Origin: Lingula anatina
Taxonomy: Eukaryota; Animalia; Brachiopoda
Assembly (NCBI GenBank): GCA_051362555.1
Contig: CM120641.1
Span: 4,340,001-4,404,000, forward strand
Length of the DNA stretch: 64,000 nt
Direction: 5' to 3'
A model generated the notes under the pieces. That model saw nothing but the letters and a program-made list of their open reading frames with translations, ran no database searches and was not told where the DNA came from. The translations under genes and the position numbers were made by a program. Below are positions 11,098 through 64,000 of the stretch, one piece after another (position 1 is the stretch's first letter; each line of letters opens with the position of its first letter).

Positions 11098-14072
11098 TAT
11101 GTATAAATGCCTGCTGTCGGCTTGTCCAAATTCCAGTAGCAGCAATTTCTAGGACTTGTACAATCTGTGGATTCTGCTTTCCACCAAAATCGAAATAATT
11201 TTTTAAAATATATCACATATTCATTCAGGCATTTACTAGCTTAACAACCAAATACAAATAAAGCAATTTGAAACATATAAATAAAATCATTATCTATCGC
11301 TTATTTTTGAGAGAGAGAGAGACCCACCTGCTGACCATGCACTGAAAACTGTAAGGATTAGAAAAGTTACCCTTTCATTTCTCTGGCGGCCAAGACCGCC
11401 TTCCATGTCTGCTCTGTTTGTACCAAAGACGCAAAATAGTATACCGATCTTTCGGGAAATTCCAACACTAAGGTGTCTGAATGACATGCTCTGTTCATGT
11501 TTTTTTAACTTGGCGCAGATTTACATCGATTATTATTATTATTATTCTAATGAAACTGCTATGAAGGCCGTATTTTATTGATAAATACCTTTACATACTC
11601 CATGCAGGGGTGCAAAAGACGTTTCTTTCACACCCGAAGTTCTTTTCAGAAAGTGATCGGATTTCGGTGAAAAAATCCCAAGGGGGGTTTCCCTTTACCT
11701 GTCGGCTTTGAACCCGTCTTCCAAGGGCGAAATTTTATTGGCTATGCAGACCTGCATACAAAGCATAAGCTGGGGGTTGTTTTCTTTAAGCAACATTGAT
11801 CAGATTTTGTGAAAGGCCAGCTATTGTATAACTTATTTATAGTACAAACTTCCTCGTTTCAGTTACGTAAAGAAGTTATCAAATGTCTGTATCATTATCG
11901 AATTCTCCATGGACCAGCTAATACTTTACAAGTAGCACACAACAAATAGTACTAAAATACATATGCCTCAAACTTCTCCCAAATTTATAATTCATAGGAA
12001 TTAACAGAATCCAAAAACATCTCAAAGTTCCCCGCCTAAACTAGGAAGAGAACACAAACCGAGAAAGAGAACACAAACCGCGACGCAATTGACTGAATTG
12101 AAACGGTGGGCAGAGCCCCCCCCCCCCCCCCCCAAAAAAAAAAAAAAAAAAAAAAAAAAACTTCCACCACGCCCCGCTTCCTGCGCTCAGGACTGTTGAT
12201 GCTGAAAAAATTGGGTTTCTGTCTACCCCTATGTATGATGCAAGTGTCCATCTACTCAATTTATATGGAGTCAATATCAAATGGGCTGTTTGAGTCGAAA
12301 TTTATCCAGCTAACAGAAAACCTGATACTCCGTTCATCTCGATTTCTAACCTTCTTTATGTGGTCCCAAGGCGAGTGGTTATTGTCGTGACAATAGCGTA
12401 CGTCAGGTACGACAGGTATGTCAGTGGTCCTCTTTGTGACGTTAAAGAATGAGACACCCGGTAGTCCTATTAGAGCTCTATTTCTATGCCGACACAGTAG
12501 AAGAGCCAAGCGACAGTTAAAGGTACACTGTCATTCATTCTCGTTATACAGATTTATTCATTCTTTTTAATTTTTTTAAATTAAAAGTAAGCAAGTGGAA
12601 GAATTGTTTGTCAAAGTATAACTTAACTAACACCATTCTAGCAAATTTAAAATAGATAAGAAAATAGATTTATCAGTTCTAGCGGACTAAATTTTAGCGG
12701 ACTAGATTTTAAACCTTCGTTACTGTCGCTCGCAGCGCCATCTCACATTCTCCTATCGATCCTGTTTATTTTTACTATAGTAGAAATAGTAGAAAATCTG
12801 CAACTTGGCAGGAAGCGAGCATGATCTCTAACGTTTCAGAAAATGTCTTGAATGTTTCTTATAAATAAGTCAATAAATACTTTCGCGGTGTCGTCGGTTT
12901 TTTAAAAATGTGAAAAAAACTTTGTTACGTTTTTTGGCGCAAATAATTATTTTTAGTCGTTTGGAGTTTTTGTAATATTTTACCACTTAAAATCCTCAAT
13001 CCAGTTACATCCATTATAAGCACGAAGATATGTTGACAGGGCACAGTCAAATGTTTTACACGAAACACGGCAAAACTGCATTACCACAGAGAGTAATTTG
13101 CACAACCTTCGTTACCAGGGGGTTGAGGACAAAATGTGTCAGAAAAATAAACGTGCACCTTCTTATGCCCCTTTAGCGCAGTCTAATCTTTGTTAGTAAC
13201 AAACGTTATTAACGTGCAAATACTGTCCAAAGGGGTTGGTATTATTAAAACTTTCGTTGATAAAATATATAGAAACCTTCGTTACTAATACGAAAATTCC
13301 TCATACCAGCAAGGCATGAATTTTTAATTTTTCAACGCAAAAAAGCCAATTTTATCACTTTCACCAGAGATTTAGAAAAAGTAGAATTCATGAATATATC
13401 TTTAACTTCATTTCTCCATTTTTCTGTTATCTTCACTTGAACCTACATATTGTGAATGAATGTGTAGGCCTATCAGTTTGGAATTTTCCCAAACTCACCC
13501 TTTCTTTGTCTGCATATATGTACAATCTATATATTAATAGGCCTTCTTTCTACCCACAGATTTTGTACACTGTTTTTAGGAGCCCTTTAAATCAGAGGCG
13601 ACAATGCATAGATATCCTGCAAAGTAAGCATCTTTGTTTTTTCCCAATTCAAACCTTTAAAACTCCACATACTTAATGTCGATAGCTTCTTCTGAATACA
13701 GGAAGGCATTGCGTTCTAAATGACTGGTCATTAATTTTGAACTAAATCTTAAGATTAGAAATGGAATAAAACATGGATCCAAGTGCAGGGACGGGTCGAA
13801 CAATGATTCGTGTGTTCATGGACATAATAATATTATGTCCATGGTGTGTTCGAGGGGAGCGGGTGAATAACATGATAACCCCTCCCCCCCCCCCCCCCCC
13901 CCCAAAGTCTTGGTCAATGGAGCACATTCAAATTCGTGTGAGAATGTAAGTGCATGTTTGCTTGTGCTGAGTGAGGGAGACGAGGCCAATGTCTTTATTC
14001 CTTCTACATGCAGTCATTAAACTAATTTTGAGAATGATTTTAAATAAATGAAAAGTGAACCAAGGGAGTTTA

Positions 14073-14140
14073 GTCGCTAGCGACCATGGAAGTAGGGCCT
14101 ATTTAATAACACAACAGCACCAAAGCTCATGCGCATGCAC
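14073..14140 (+). promoter_or_regulatory. Candidate usherin promoter motifs: X-box-like palindrome gtcgctagcgac and NRF1-like tgcgcatgcac
   Basis: Motifs lie upstream of a plausible non-coding exon (donor aaa|gtaagt at 14601, acceptor ttcag| at 15225). Sequence match only. Confidence 0.3.
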
Positions 14141-15280
14141 TCCTTTATGCGGACTCTTTCTGGTGTGCAGACACCACGAATGCTAGTAAAATGTAGCCAG
14201 CAGTTCCAGGTTGTGACTGACAATGTTACTCAAAAACGGACACAGAGAAGCAGAGAGCTCATCTACTGCATCGGATACCCGAAACTGTGGTAGTTTCCAA
14301 AACTGAATTCAAACACATACAAAAAATTTCAAAGTGTTATTAAAAAGCAGATTTTGAATATTTTGCGTGTAGGCTTTACAGTTATTTAATATTTTTATTT
14401 GAAACATTTTATGCAGTGTAGGCTCTAGCTTTACATGTCGAATTCTAAGGAAGCTATCGAAAACGAGACCAAGCTCTCAGGGGACGTGAATGATTGTTAT
14501 TATTGACTTTTTTGTTCTGTTGATCATTGTTGGGTGTGCCGAAGTCTTTGTCGGTGTGTTGTAGATCTAAAGAAGAGCTTCAAAGCAAATGAAGCACAAA
14601 GTAAGTTGATGCTGTCTCAAATAAGGCAGATTTAGTTGTAGAACTGCAGTCCTACCCGCGGGAGATACAGTAAATCCGTTTGAAAATAATTTTGCCAAGA
14701 AAATTGATAAAACCTGTTACGCAAGAATCTAGCATAGATCTATGCTTGAAACACCGAATATTTCTATGCTTAACAATTATATTAGAAAACTGGTCGCGCT
14801 TTGACGCCATATAAATACTCCAGTGACAGAAATCACTGTGACAGTAATATAAATCGAGTGACAGAAAGGCTGGGCTCAAGGTGGAAAAGGACTGTCTGGT
14901 CTCTAGAGCTGCTGTCGCTGGTTTGTGCAAATTTCATTTTGACTTGCTGAAGTAAAACAAATCTTTTAAATATAACTCAAGCATTAACTGTTACATAAGA
15001 CTGTTATCTTAGAAAAAAACTTATCAAGATCAATTTTTCTATTCTTGTACAGTATATGCAAAATTGATCTTGATAAGCAATAAGCAACATGCTTTCTTCA
15101 AAGAGTAAAATTATTATAATTATTAAGTCTAGTTTAATTGTTATGTAAAGTGCATATACAGTATATGGATTTAACATTTGACTTGTAAATTTTGTTTAAT
15201 TGACATTTGGTTTGTTTTTATTCAGATAATCTAAAAATATAAGTGCAATGGGAAAAAGTAAAACGCGGGCTGTTTGAATA

Positions 15281-64000
<48,720 letters not shown>

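Overview
AT-rich, intron-rich animal genomic DNA (invertebrate, probably a mollusc or other lophotrochozoan; not prokaryotic) holding two head-to-head genes. (1) Minus strand, 10070 to beyond the left edge: a secreted multidomain protein with signal peptide, uromodulin-type D8C, SRCR, C-type lectin, somatomedin-B, a second D8C and a VWDE-type region (VWDE-like). (2) Plus strand, 15281 to beyond the right edge: a clear usherin (USH2A) orthologue with LamG-like, laminin N-terminal, 10 laminin-EGF, FN3, two LamG, FN3 and Cys-rich regions. I traced 55 exon positions with consistent splice phases. The main result is that LamG1 of this usherin is encoded by two consecutive pairs of tandemly duplicated, intact exons (A1/A2 and B1/B2) that look mutually exclusive. 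The introns around them carry long complementary stems, a competing hairpin over a 5' splice site and TGCATG clusters, which suggests an RNA-structure-controlled isoform switch. Introns and intergenic DNA also contain Tc1/mariner copies, several MITEs, a Helentron-type (HINE) element with a 146-bp tandem array, and a deleted BEL/Pao LTR element. All exon calls are manual reads of GT-AG sites and reading frames. Family assignments come from remembered motifs, not database searches.
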